Positions 22,542 to 32,000 of a stretch of DNA of 32,000 bases are shown here, piece by piece. The position numbers were made by a program, and so were the translations under genes. The DNA is taken from contig NC_014972.1 in assembly GCF_000186885.1 (NCBI RefSeq), forward strand, positions 1,140,001 through 1,172,000, read 5' to 3'. Within the stretch, counting starts at the first letter, position 1; each line of letters starts with the position of its first letter. The DNA comes from Desulfobulbus propionicus DSM 2032. Lineage in GTDB: Bacteria; Desulfobacterota; Desulfobulbia; Desulfobulbales; Desulfobulbaceae. The notes under the pieces are model-generated. The model ran no database searches. It had not been told where the DNA came from and saw nothing but the letters and a program-made list of their open reading frames with translations.

Positions 22542-24147
22542 CCGCGTCCTCCTCTTTTTTCCCCGCCTCCATGACTCTATGCGCCGATCGGGAGCCGGTT
22601 CGCGGCAGGGTGACCGACACGGTCAGTTGTTCCTGCTCGGGATCGGCTACGATCCGCAGCCCGCCGCCATGCGCCTCGGCGATTCGCCGGCACAAGGCCA
22701 GTCCAAGACCGGTACCCCGAATCTTGGTGGTGAAATAAGGTTCGCCCAGGCGGGCGATGTCCTCGGTGGATAACCGGCAGCCGCCGTTGGTCAGGGCCAG
22801 GGTGAGGGTGTGGGGCGCCGGATACAGGCCGATGCGGACAAATCCTCCCTTGGGCTGGGCCTCGACGCTGTTGTTGAGCAGGTTTTCCAGCAGCTCGGCC
22901 AGCAGGTCGGGATCGGCGTCGACCATGTCTCCGGCGGCATCCGGCAGGATCAGGTCAATCCCCTGGTCCGTGCAGCGCTGCCGGTACAGGGGCACGATGC
23001 GTCGAAGCAGGGCCAGCGGATCCACGGGCTGCGGATGCGGCACCAGGGTGCGGGTGAACCGCTGCAATTCGGAGATGATGCCGCTGGCACGGCGTACCGC
23101 CTCGTTCATGGCCGCGATCAGCTGGCGGTGTTCGCCATCGAGATGGTCCGATTCCAGTTGGAGCCGCTGCAACCCCATGCTGATGGCATTGAGCGGATTG
23201 CGGACTTCATGGGCAATGGTGGCCGTGGCCCTCCCCAGGGCCGCCGCCTCGTGCTCCTTGGCCAGCTCCCGCTCGAAGGCACGGCTGCGGGCAAGGTCGG
23301 CCTGTTGGTGGCGGTACAGCAGCCAGGAGAAAAAAAGGCCAAGGAGCAGCAGCAGGACGCTGAAGAGCAAAAATTGATGCCGTAGCTGCCGCAGCCGATT
23401 GACATGGTTGGCCGCATCGAGGCCCACCGCCAGGGTGCCCATGGGCGTGGCCAGCCGTGCCTCCGCCGTTTGCCTGCCTTCCGAGGTCAGCAGCCGGATC
23501 GGATCCGCGTTGACGGGAGGCGCCGTGTGTTCCAGGCGGACAAAATGGATGCCGGGCAAACGGGAGAGGTTGGCCAGCAGCATCGGCAGGGCGGTCTTGT
23601 CGCGCAGCTCGATCATGGCGTGGGCATCGAGACCGACGCGGATGCAGTCGATCTCTGGTTCGGCGGCCGGATAGAGCAGCAGGGCGGTCTGCCGGCTCGG
23701 GTCATAATGGAGCTGATCAACACTCAGGTCACAGCGTTGTGGTCCCGACAGCCATTCAGCCGGGCCGCCGACCACCGTTTTGTCCTTGCGGACCAGGGCG
23801 ATGCCGAGCAGGCCGGTTTCCCGGGCGAGCGCGGTCAGTTCCTCGGGCTGCAACGGGTCGATGGTGTTGAGATATTCAACAAACCGGGCCTTGTCGCGGA
23901 GAAAGGAGGTGGTCACCGCGTCGATGGTGGCCTGGGCCTGGGCGGCGTTGGCCAGGTGCTCCTCGATGATCGCCGCCATCATCTGCGACCTTCCCAGGGT
24001 GTTGCGGTGGAGGTCACGGTCGATGGCCACCATCTGCCAGAAAAAGGCCCCCAGTACCAAGGTGATGAGCAGGCCGAATCCGATCAGGTTCATGGCCCAG
24101 GAGGGCAGGGGGAGGCGGTCTCCCGATCGGTTCACCGGCTTCGCCAT
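22519..24147 (-). CDS. sensor histidine kinase (ZraS-like; two TM segments flanking a periplasmic domain)
   Basis: H-box HEVRNPLNAI, N-box LLNNSVEA, G-box GTGLGLALC. The start was chosen at the ATG at 24147 (MAKPVNRS...); an alternative start is 24096. It overlaps the regulator start by 23 nt. Confidence 0.85.
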   Translation of the reverse strand: MAKPVNRSGDRLPLPSWAMNLIGFGLLITLVLGAFFWQMVAIDRDLHRNTLGRSQMMAAIIEEHLANAAQAQATIDAVTTSFLRDKARFVEYLNTIDPLQPEELTALARETGLLGIALVRKDKTVVGGPAEWLSGPQRCDLSVDQLHYDPSRQTALLLYPAAEPEIDCIRVGLDAHAMIELRDKTALPMLLANLSRLPGIHFVRLEHTAPPVNADPIRLLTSEGRQTAEARLATPMGTLAVGLDAANHVNRLRQLRHQFLLFSVLLLLLGLFFSWLLYRHQQADLARSRAFERELAKEHEAAALGRATATIAHEVRNPLNAISMGLQRLQLESDHLDGEHRQLIAAMNEAVRRASGIISELQRFTRTLVPHPQPVDPLALLRRIVPLYRQRCTDQGIDLILPDAAGDMVDADPDLLAELLENLLNNSVEAQPKGGFVRIGLYPAPHTLTLALTNGGCRLSTEDIARLGEPYFTTKIRGTGLGLALCRRIAEAHGGGLRIVADPEQEQLTVSVTLPRTGSRSAHRVMEAGKKEEDADAYSDRR

Positions 24148-24473
24148 CGTTCCCCGCCGCGATAGCGCTGTTGGGGACAGGCCTGGCCACGGTGCATGCC
24201 GTGCCCACCGTGGTGGCCCCGGCGGCACAGACCCAAACGGGCGCGAACACCGGTGGGATCCTGGCCATAGCGCTGTTTCAAGACGTGGATATTCTCCTGG
24301 CTTTCGGACGGGTCGGTGCGGGGCGGCGCGTTCCCGGCTTCCTGGGGCGTGACGGCGGTTTGGACGTGCTCGGTGGGGAGGCCATCTGGCTCGGCCGCCT
24401 GGAGGCACGGCGCCAGGCAGACAATCAGAATCAGGAGGAGCAGGATCAGGTGCGTTGGGCGTGGCAGCTTCAT
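24132..24473 (-). CDS. small secreted His-rich protein (113 aa), first gene of the kinase operon
   Basis: The start at 24473 gives the signal-like MKLPRPTHLILLLLILIVCLAPCLQA. The C-terminus reads GLCRRGHHGGHGMHRGQACP. It overlaps the kinase start. The coding call is moderate. Confidence 0.5.
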   Translation of the reverse strand: MKLPRPTHLILLLLILIVCLAPCLQAAEPDGLPTEHVQTAVTPQEAGNAPPRTDPSESQENIHVLKQRYGQDPTGVRARLGLCRRGHHGGHGMHRGQACPQQRYRGGERWRSR

Positions 24474-24699
24474 GCGTACGGAACAGAGAAGGGGAAAAGG
24501 GCCCGGACGGACCGGGGATTGTTTCAATCAGTTTTTATACATTATACATGCCAGATGCGGCGACGGACGGTCTCTCGGATTTGCCCGCCTGCAACAAGCT
24601 GATCGCCGTCTCGTCCCGTCCGTTCCTCGATGGGTTCGACATAATTGTCGAAACGATCCCCAAGACTGTCGATTGGGAGGCCCGTCGGGTATGCGAGAC

Positions 24700-24728
24700 T
24701 TGAAAAACAGCACCGCCCTTCCTATAAC
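24700..24728 (+). promoter_or_regulatory. possible sigma-70 promoter of the sulfur-relay cluster
   Basis: TTGAAA (24700-24705), a 17-nt spacer, then TATAAC (24723-24728), about 48 nt upstream of the ATG at 24776. Confidence 0.3.
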
Positions 24729-24775
24729 AACAAAGTTGATTCCACGGCAACACAACCTGTGTAGAGGAGATCGAG

Positions 24776-25594
24776 ATGACAGAAGCGTATCAGGATATTG
24801 ATGCGGAACGGCTACGCGCCTACATGGCCAGGCGGCAGGAGAACGAATATCTGCTGGTCGATGTGCGCCAGCCTGACGAGTACGCCAAGGGCCATATCCC
24901 CGGATCCGTGCTTATTCCCCTGGGCGAAGTGTCCGAACGGCTGCGCGAGCTGCCGGTGGACAAGGATATCGTCGTCTACTGCCGCTCCGGCAAGCGGTCC
25001 CGGGCCGCTGCCCTGTTCATCAGTTCACGGCCTTATGTGGCCGGGACGATCTTCAATCTGACCGGCGGCATTCTCGCCTGGGATGGCCATCTGCTGCCCG
25101 CGGTTCCAAGCATCAAGGTCTTTGATCGTGCCGGCGACGATCGGCAGGTCCTGCTGCGGGCCATGGACTTGGAGCGCGGCGCCCAACGGTTTTACACCGC
25201 CCTGCGTCAGCGCTACGGCGCCATTGCCTGGGCGGAGCGCCTGGCCGAACTGGCCGGCGCGGAGGAGGGGCACGCGCGGCTCATCTATGGCCACTGGGCC
25301 GAGGGGCAAAGCGATCCACCCGATTTCGCGACCGTGTATCAGGGGCTGGCCGGCGATATCGTCGAAGGCGGCTATTCCTTCAGCGCCCTGGTGGCCATGC
25401 TGGAAGAACAGCCTCAGCAACCGTGCCGATCCACCCTGGAAATGGCGCTGACCATCGAGTACTCGGCTTACGATCTTTCTCGCAACATGGCGCACCGCTT
25501 TCAGGGGCAGCCGATGGAAGCGGTGTTCAACACCATCGCCGAGGCGGAAAAGGAGCACATGCAGCTGGTGGCGCGGGCCTTGTCCCTCTGTTAG
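24776..25594 (+). CDS. rhodanese domain fused to a ferritin/rubrerythrin-like four-helix-bundle domain
   Basis: The rhodanese active-site loop is CRSGKRS. The C-terminal half has paired E...ExxH-type motifs (DLERGAQ, AEEGHARL, IEYSAYD, AEKEHMQL). Confidence 0.8.
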   Translation: MTEAYQDIDAERLRAYMARRQENEYLLVDVRQPDEYAKGHIPGSVLIPLGEVSERLRELPVDKDIVVYCRSGKRSRAAALFISSRPYVAGTIFNLTGGILAWDGHLLPAVPSIKVFDRAGDDRQVLLRAMDLERGAQRFYTALRQRYGAIAWAERLAELAGAEEGHARLIYGHWAEGQSDPPDFATVYQGLAGDIVEGGYSFSALVAMLEEQPQQPCRSTLEMALTIEYSAYDLSRNMAHRFQGQPMEAVFNTIAEAEKEHMQLVARALSLC

Positions 25595-25764
25595 GGGCGC
25601 TGAAAGATTGCTTGCGCGAATGCTGGGCTAATGGTATATTTTTTCAATAGAATAAGCAGGTTGGTTAAGTAAGGGGTTTTTCCGGGAAGTCATCGGCGGG
25701 GGGAGCTGTCGGCTTACGTCAGGGAAAGCGACGATAATTCTTGAACAGATTCAAGGAGGATTGT

Positions 25765-26427
25765 ATGCAGCACTTTTCGTACAGAAGCACCACCTATCAA
25801 GTCGATGATCAGGGCTTTTTGCTGGAGACCAAATTTTGGGACAGCAATTTTGCCGAAGGGGTGGCCAAGGAATTGAACATCGAAGGGCTGACCAACGAGC
25901 ATTGGGACGCGATCAACTTTCTGCGGGAAGTGTTTGCCTCAACCGGTGCCTGCCCCACCATCTTTGCGGTCTGCAAGGCCATCAACTTGCGGCCACGGGA
26001 GATGAAACAGCTGTTTCCCGCCGGCTATCACCGCGGCCTGTGCCGGATGGCCGGTGTCCATTACCGGATGCACCGTCTGCCGGACAACAGCCACCTGGCG
26101 GAGATGACCACCGATCTCGAAGCCCTGTCCGGGGACAAGCACTATCAGGTGGATGTGCGCGGCTTTTTGATCGATCCTGAGAGCTGGGATCCGCATTACG
26201 CCATGCACCGTGCCATGGAGATGAATATTCCCAACGGTCAGCTGACCGAACCCCATTGGCGGGTGATCAACTATCTCCGGGATGTACATCAGCGGGAACG
26301 ACGTATTCCCACTGTGTACGAGACGTGCGAGAATTGCCAGCTCGATCTCGAGGCACTCGGCGCCTTGTTTCCGGACGGCTATCATCGCGGGGCGGTGAAG
26401 ATCGCTGGCCTGCGCTTTGTCAAATAG
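25765..26427 (+). CDS. tandem double-domain DsrC/TusE-like protein (220 aa), paralog 1
   Basis: The ATG at 25765 follows CAAGGAGGATTGT. Two DsrC-like repeats are present: DDQGFL...LTNEHWDAINFLR...LFPAGYHRGLCRMAG and DVRGFL...LTEPHWRVINYLR...LFPDGYHRGAVKIAGLRFVK. The C-terminal PTGCV arm is missing. Confidence 0.8.
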   Translation: MQHFSYRSTTYQVDDQGFLLETKFWDSNFAEGVAKELNIEGLTNEHWDAINFLREVFASTGACPTIFAVCKAINLRPREMKQLFPAGYHRGLCRMAGVHYRMHRLPDNSHLAEMTTDLEALSGDKHYQVDVRGFLIDPESWDPHYAMHRAMEMNIPNGQLTEPHWRVINYLRDVHQRERRIPTVYETCENCQLDLEALGALFPDGYHRGAVKIAGLRFVK

Positions 26428-26542
26428 AGTTGCATTCATGGCACAGAGACACGTATTGGCCTGACGCGAAAAGCCTAACTAAAAGAGCGGGATGCGGCGC
26501 GACGATGTGCCGATCCCGCCAAGCATGGACAAGGGAGAGCAC

Positions 26543-27205
26543 ATGAAGTCGTTTCATTATAAGGATGCCACCTATGAACTGGACGAGCAGGGGTGCCTGC
26601 TCGACCCCAAGACCTGGACGCCTGAGTTTGCCGAGGGCATGGCGCGCGAGTGCGATATTCCGGTGCTGTCGGGCGAGCACTGGGACGTTATTCGCTATGT
26701 TCGCGACGCCTATGAAAAAACAGGCATCTGCCCCACCATCTTCGCCGCCTGCAAGGCCAGCGGCCTTCGGCCCCAGGAGATGCAGAAACTCTTTCCCACT
26801 GGCTACCATCGCGGCCTATGCAGGGTGGCGGGCGTGCACTACCGGGTCAGTCACATGCCCTACGGAGCCCATCTCCGTGAAAGCATGGCCGATCTGCGCG
26901 CCCTGTCCGCGGACAAGGTCTACTCGACCGATGTGCGCGGTTTTCTTGTCGACCCCGACTCCTGGGACGAGAATTTCGCCATCCACCGGGCTGCGGAGAT
27001 GCGCATTCCCGGCGGCCAGCTGACCGACGAGCATTGGCGGATCATCTACTATTTGCGGGATGTGTACCAGGTGCAGCGCCGGATTCCCAATATCTATGAA
27101 ACCTGCGAGAGCTGCGACCTCGACCTGGACAGCTTCGAACAGCTCTTTCCCGACGGCTATCATCGCGGGGCGCTCAAAATAGCCGGCCTGCGGTTCGTGA
27201 AATAA
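26543..27205 (+). CDS. tandem double-domain DsrC/TusE-like protein (220 aa), paralog 2
   Basis: The ATG at 26543 follows AAGGGAGAGCAC. Architecture and length match paralog 1 (…LFPTGYHRGLCRVAG… …LFPDGYHRGALKIAGLRFVK). Confidence 0.8.
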   Translation: MKSFHYKDATYELDEQGCLLDPKTWTPEFAEGMARECDIPVLSGEHWDVIRYVRDAYEKTGICPTIFAACKASGLRPQEMQKLFPTGYHRGLCRVAGVHYRVSHMPYGAHLRESMADLRALSADKVYSTDVRGFLVDPDSWDENFAIHRAAEMRIPGGQLTDEHWRIIYYLRDVYQVQRRIPNIYETCESCDLDLDSFEQLFPDGYHRGALKIAGLRFVK

Positions 27206-27225
27206 CGTCCGACAGGAGCGAAAGG

Positions 27226-27543
27226 ATGAAAACAACCTTGATGGTGTGCAATGCCGAGCCGGAGGTGGTGTGGAACGCCTTTCGGATGGGCAATCTCATG
27301 CTCGAGCAGATGGATGACGTCACCCTGTTCCTCAACGGGCCGTCGGTGCGGTATGCGGCGATGGACTCCGAGCGCTTTCCCCTGGTGGAACTGGCGAAAA
27401 TATTCACCTTGTCCGAGGGGGTGCTCCTCGCTTGAGGCAAACTCCTTGACCTCCACGGCGTGGAGGCATCGTTCCACCAGCGGGCCAAACAGACCGACCT
27501 CTATCGCTTGATCGTCGAAAGCGACCGATTCATCACCTTTTAA
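27226..27543 (+). CDS. DsrE-like protein with in-frame UGA (predicted selenocysteine at codon 70), 105 aa
   Basis: The tracked ORF stops at the TGA at 27433-27435. The same frame continues as GKLLDLHGVEASFHQRAKQTDLYRLIVESDRFITF to the TAA at 27541-27543, which matches the usual DsrE-family C-terminus. The TGA aligns where homologs carry the ACGxC cysteine. A hairpin lies 14 nt downstream, and selB is about 0.7 kb away. Confidence 0.65.
27446..27469 (+). promoter_or_regulatory. candidate bacterial SECIS hairpin
   Basis: CCTCCAC-GGC-GTGGAGG (27450-27466) is a perfect 7-bp stem, extended by TG/CA with a bulged A. The G-rich apical loop begins 21 nt after the UGA. Confidence 0.5.
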
Positions 27544-27603
27544 GTGCGCCGGTTGTTCCGTCTTTCTTCGGAGCAACCGGTTTTTTTGGGTAGTGAGAGG
27601 AGG

Positions 27604-28269
27604 ATGTTGTACAGCACCATGAATACCCAGCGAGAAGGGGTGATCCTGCTCCATGGCTTGGCCCGTACCCGCCGCTCGATGCGGTCGCTGGCGCTTTTTC
27701 TCGGGCAGCGCGGATACACGGTGGTCAATGCGGGATATCGGTCATGTCGCGAACCCATCGAAACCCTGGCCCAATCGACCATCCCGCCGGCCATTGCCCA
27801 ACTGCGGCGGCAAGGCGTCGCCACCATCCACTGCGTCACCCATTCCATGGGCGGCATCCTGTTGCGTTTTTTTCTTTCGGTTGAACGTGTGCCCGAACTG
27901 GGGCGGGTGGTGATGCTCAGTCCGCCCAATCAGGGGAGCGAGCTGGTGGATTGCTTGTGCCGGTTTGCCTGGTTTCGCCGAGTTTTTGGTCCAGCGGGCT
28001 GTCAGTTGACCACAGGAACCGAGGGCCTGCCCGCTCGACTGGGGCCGGCGGACTTTCCGTTGGGGGTCATCACCGGCAACCGGCCGGCCATCGGTCTCGG
28101 TCAATTTTTTCCCGGTCCGAACGATGGCAAGGTGTCGGTAGCCCGTGCCCAGTTGGCGGGCATGGCGGACTTTCTCGAGGTGGGGTGCGGCCATTCACTG
28201 ATCATGCGCCACCGCCGGGTACAGGAGCAGGTGGCCCATTTCTTGGGTAATGGCCGGTTTGAACGGTAA
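27604..28269 (+). CDS. alpha/beta-fold hydrolase (lipase/esterase-like)
   Basis: The ATG at 27604 follows GAGAGGAGG. The nucleophile elbow is THSMGG, with VILLHGL near the N-terminus. Confidence 0.75.
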   Translation: MLYSTMNTQREGVILLHGLARTRRSMRSLALFLGQRGYTVVNAGYRSCREPIETLAQSTIPPAIAQLRRQGVATIHCVTHSMGGILLRFFLSVERVPELGRVVMLSPPNQGSELVDCLCRFAWFRRVFGPAGCQLTTGTEGLPARLGPADFPLGVITGNRPAIGLGQFFPGPNDGKVSVARAQLAGMADFLEVGCGHSLIMRHRRVQEQVAHFLGNGRFER

Positions 28270-28271
28270 GC

Positions 28272-30197
<1,926 letters not shown>

Positions 30198-30239
30198 GAA
30201 CGGACGGAACGGGGAACGCTGCCGTGGCCCGGGAGTGGG

Positions 30240-30872
30240 CTAGAGCTCAAGATAGGGGTTGGTCCGCAGTTCGCGGGCCAGGGTGGACTGCGACCCGCCA
30301 TACCCATGGCCGGGCCAGACCAGGGTCTCCGGCGGCAGGGGCATCAGACGGTTCTTGATGGCGTCGATCATCTGGCGTATGGAGCCCCCGGGAAAATCGG
30401 TGCGGCCGACCGCGCCGACAAAGAGGGTGTCGCCGGTGAAACAATGCGGCGGGCTATAGAGGCAGATGCCGCCCGGGGTGTGACCCGGCGTATGGATCAC
30501 CTGCAATTGCTCCTGGCCCACGGTGATCAGGTCGCCGTCGTGAACGACGATGTCGACCGGCGGCGACTCGGGCAGGCCGAGAGAGGAAAAATAGTCACGG
30601 ATGCGGGGATCGCCGAAATAGTCCACGTCCTCGGCGTGCATGACGATCTTGGCGCCGGTGGCCTGCTGGATGCGGCCGTTGCCGCACACGTGGTCTGGAT
30701 GGCCGTGGGTGTTGATGATATGGGTGACCCGCAGGCCATGGCTGGTGCAATAGTCGAGGATGCGGTCCTCGTCGCCGCCGGGGTCGATGACCGCGGCCTC
30801 TTTGGTCTGGTCGCAGGAAACGATGTAACAGCAGACCCCCATCATGCCGACGGTGAGTTGTTTGACAAGCAT
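30240..30872 (-). CDS. MBL-fold metallo-hydrolase (glyoxalase II-like)
   Basis: THGHPDH (HxHxDH) motif. 210 aa. Confidence 0.85.
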   Translation of the reverse strand: MLVKQLTVGMMGVCCYIVSCDQTKEAAVIDPGGDEDRILDYCTSHGLRVTHIINTHGHPDHVCGNGRIQQATGAKIVMHAEDVDYFGDPRIRDYFSSLGLPESPPVDIVVHDGDLITVGQEQLQVIHTPGHTPGGICLYSPPHCFTGDTLFVGAVGRTDFPGGSIRQMIDAIKNRLMPLPPETLVWPGHGYGGSQSTLARELRTNPYLEL

Positions 30873-30941
30873 AAACCTGATCCTCTGCGGTGGTTCCGGC
30901 GGCCGGATCGGGGTTCGGCCGCCGGAAGGTTGAATGGGCTA

Positions 30942-31886
30942 TTATTTGAGGGAGGTGCCGCAACCGCCGGAGCTGCAAGCACAGCCACCGGCAAAGGGGT
31001 TGACCGTCACCGGACCGGGCGGAAGGCGCTGCTCGACCGCGGACACGACCGCGTCAAAGGCCTTGATTGCGGGGCTGTCCTCCTCGCCGGACAGATAGGG
31101 GGTGCCGGTGTCGCCGGCCATGACCACCCGGGGATCCATGGGCACCCGGCCAAGAAAGGGCAGGTCGAAGTCGCGCGCGGTCTGCTCGCCGCCGCCCTTG
31201 CTGAAAATATCCACGGTTTCGCCGCAGTGGGGACAGACAAAGCCGGACATGTTCTCGACCACGCCGACGATCGGCATCTCCACCGCCTTGCAGAAGTTGA
31301 TCGACTTGCGCACATCGGCCAGGGCCACGGCCTGCGGAGTGGTGACCACCACCGCATGGACGCCGGGCATGGTCTGAGCCACGCTCAGCGGTTCGTCGCC
31401 GGTGCCGGGGGGCGCATCGACGATCAGATAGTCCAGTTCGCCCCAGTCCATGTCGGCGATAAACTGGCGGATGGCCTGAATTTTCAGCGGGCCGCGCCAG
31501 ATGACGGCGTCGTCGCGGTTCTTCATCATGTATTCCAGGCTGACCACCTTGAGGTTGTCGCTGTACTTGAGCGGCGGGATCAGGTCGTCGGGGTTGGCCG
31601 GCGCTTCCAGTGAGCCGGTGAGGTTGAGCATCCGGCAGACGTCCGGTCCGTGCAGGTCGACATCCATCAGGCCGACCTTGTGGCCCTTTTTGGCGAGACA
31701 CAGGGCCAGGTTGACGGCCACGGTCGATTTGCCAACCCCGCCCTTGCCGCTCATCACCAGAATTTTATTCTTGATTCTGCCCAAGGATCGGGTAATGGCG
31801 ATATCCTGCTGGGCCAGCCGTGCGTCGGCTGAACTGCAACTGCTTTGTTGACCGCTCCCGCAGGAGCTACCACACGAACTGCTCAT
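30942..31886 (-). CDS. mrp: Mrp/NBP35/ApbC-family Fe-S cluster carrier ATPase
   Basis: Deviant Walker A SGKGGVGKST, a CPHCG motif, and Cys/Ser/Gly-rich N- and C-terminal tails. Confidence 0.85.
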   Translation of the reverse strand: MSSSCGSSCGSGQQSSCSSADARLAQQDIAITRSLGRIKNKILVMSGKGGVGKSTVAVNLALCLAKKGHKVGLMDVDLHGPDVCRMLNLTGSLEAPANPDDLIPPLKYSDNLKVVSLEYMMKNRDDAVIWRGPLKIQAIRQFIADMDWGELDYLIVDAPPGTGDEPLSVAQTMPGVHAVVVTTPQAVALADVRKSINFCKAVEMPIVGVVENMSGFVCPHCGETVDIFSKGGGEQTARDFDLPFLGRVPMDPRVVMAGDTGTPYLSGEEDSPAIKAFDAVVSAVEQRLPPGPVTVNPFAGGCACSSGGCGTSLK

Positions 31887-32000
31887 CTATTGCCTCCAAC
31901 GATAAAAATGGTGGTGAAGAAAAAAGGGGGGAAATCGCGGTGCGCATCGCCCAATGGATTGTGTGTGCTTTCTCCAACAGGTTGCCGAAGGGCAAACGGT

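Overview
This is a high-GC chromosomal segment interrupted by AT-rich accessory DNA. Gene content (sulfur-relay genes, selB, sigma-54 regulation) suggests a deltaproteobacterial or Desulfobulbales-like host, but that is inference only. All domain calls rest on motifs read by eye; no searches were run.

- **1-3076:** Two attC-like sites in the same orientation bracket an AT-rich type II restriction-modification gene pair, which looks like an integron cassette. A partial reverse-oriented gene with an HExxH motif lies to its left.
- **3086-4794:** Two REP/MITE-like palindromic elements flank a split YeeE/YedE membrane-transporter pair.
- **4878-14371:** A roughly 9.2 kb integrative island sits in the 3' end of a fused hisH-hisF gene.
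  - The island supplies a replacement 3' end at 14020-14344. The native 3' end is left as a 352-nt fragment at 4878-5229. Identical 27-bp cores mark the two junctions.
  - Island backbone: a P4-type tyrosine integrase, a P4/D5-family primase-helicase, a repeated 23-nt box, and palindromes next to an AT-rich stretch that may be an origin.
  - Island cargo, the best novelty candidates: (a) a GHKL ATPase fused to a Shedu/DUF4263-like PD-(D/E)xK nuclease, followed by two glycine-zipper membrane proteins; (b) a translationally coupled three-gene operon that ends in an untracked 58-aa membrane peptide.
- **14020-32000, core genes:** hisHF, a sugar-phosphate nucleotidyltransferase with an AmgK-like kinase, der, an HPt protein and tilS. 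Next comes a ZraP/ZraS/ZraR-like sigma-54 module. A sulfur-relay cluster follows: a rhodanese/ferritin-like fusion, two paralogous double-DsrC-like proteins, and a DsrE-like gene whose in-frame TGA with a downstream hairpin indicates selenocysteine. The segment ends with an alpha/beta hydrolase, selB, an MBL-fold hydrolase and an Mrp/ApbC ATPase.

No rRNA, tRNA or CRISPR array was seen.
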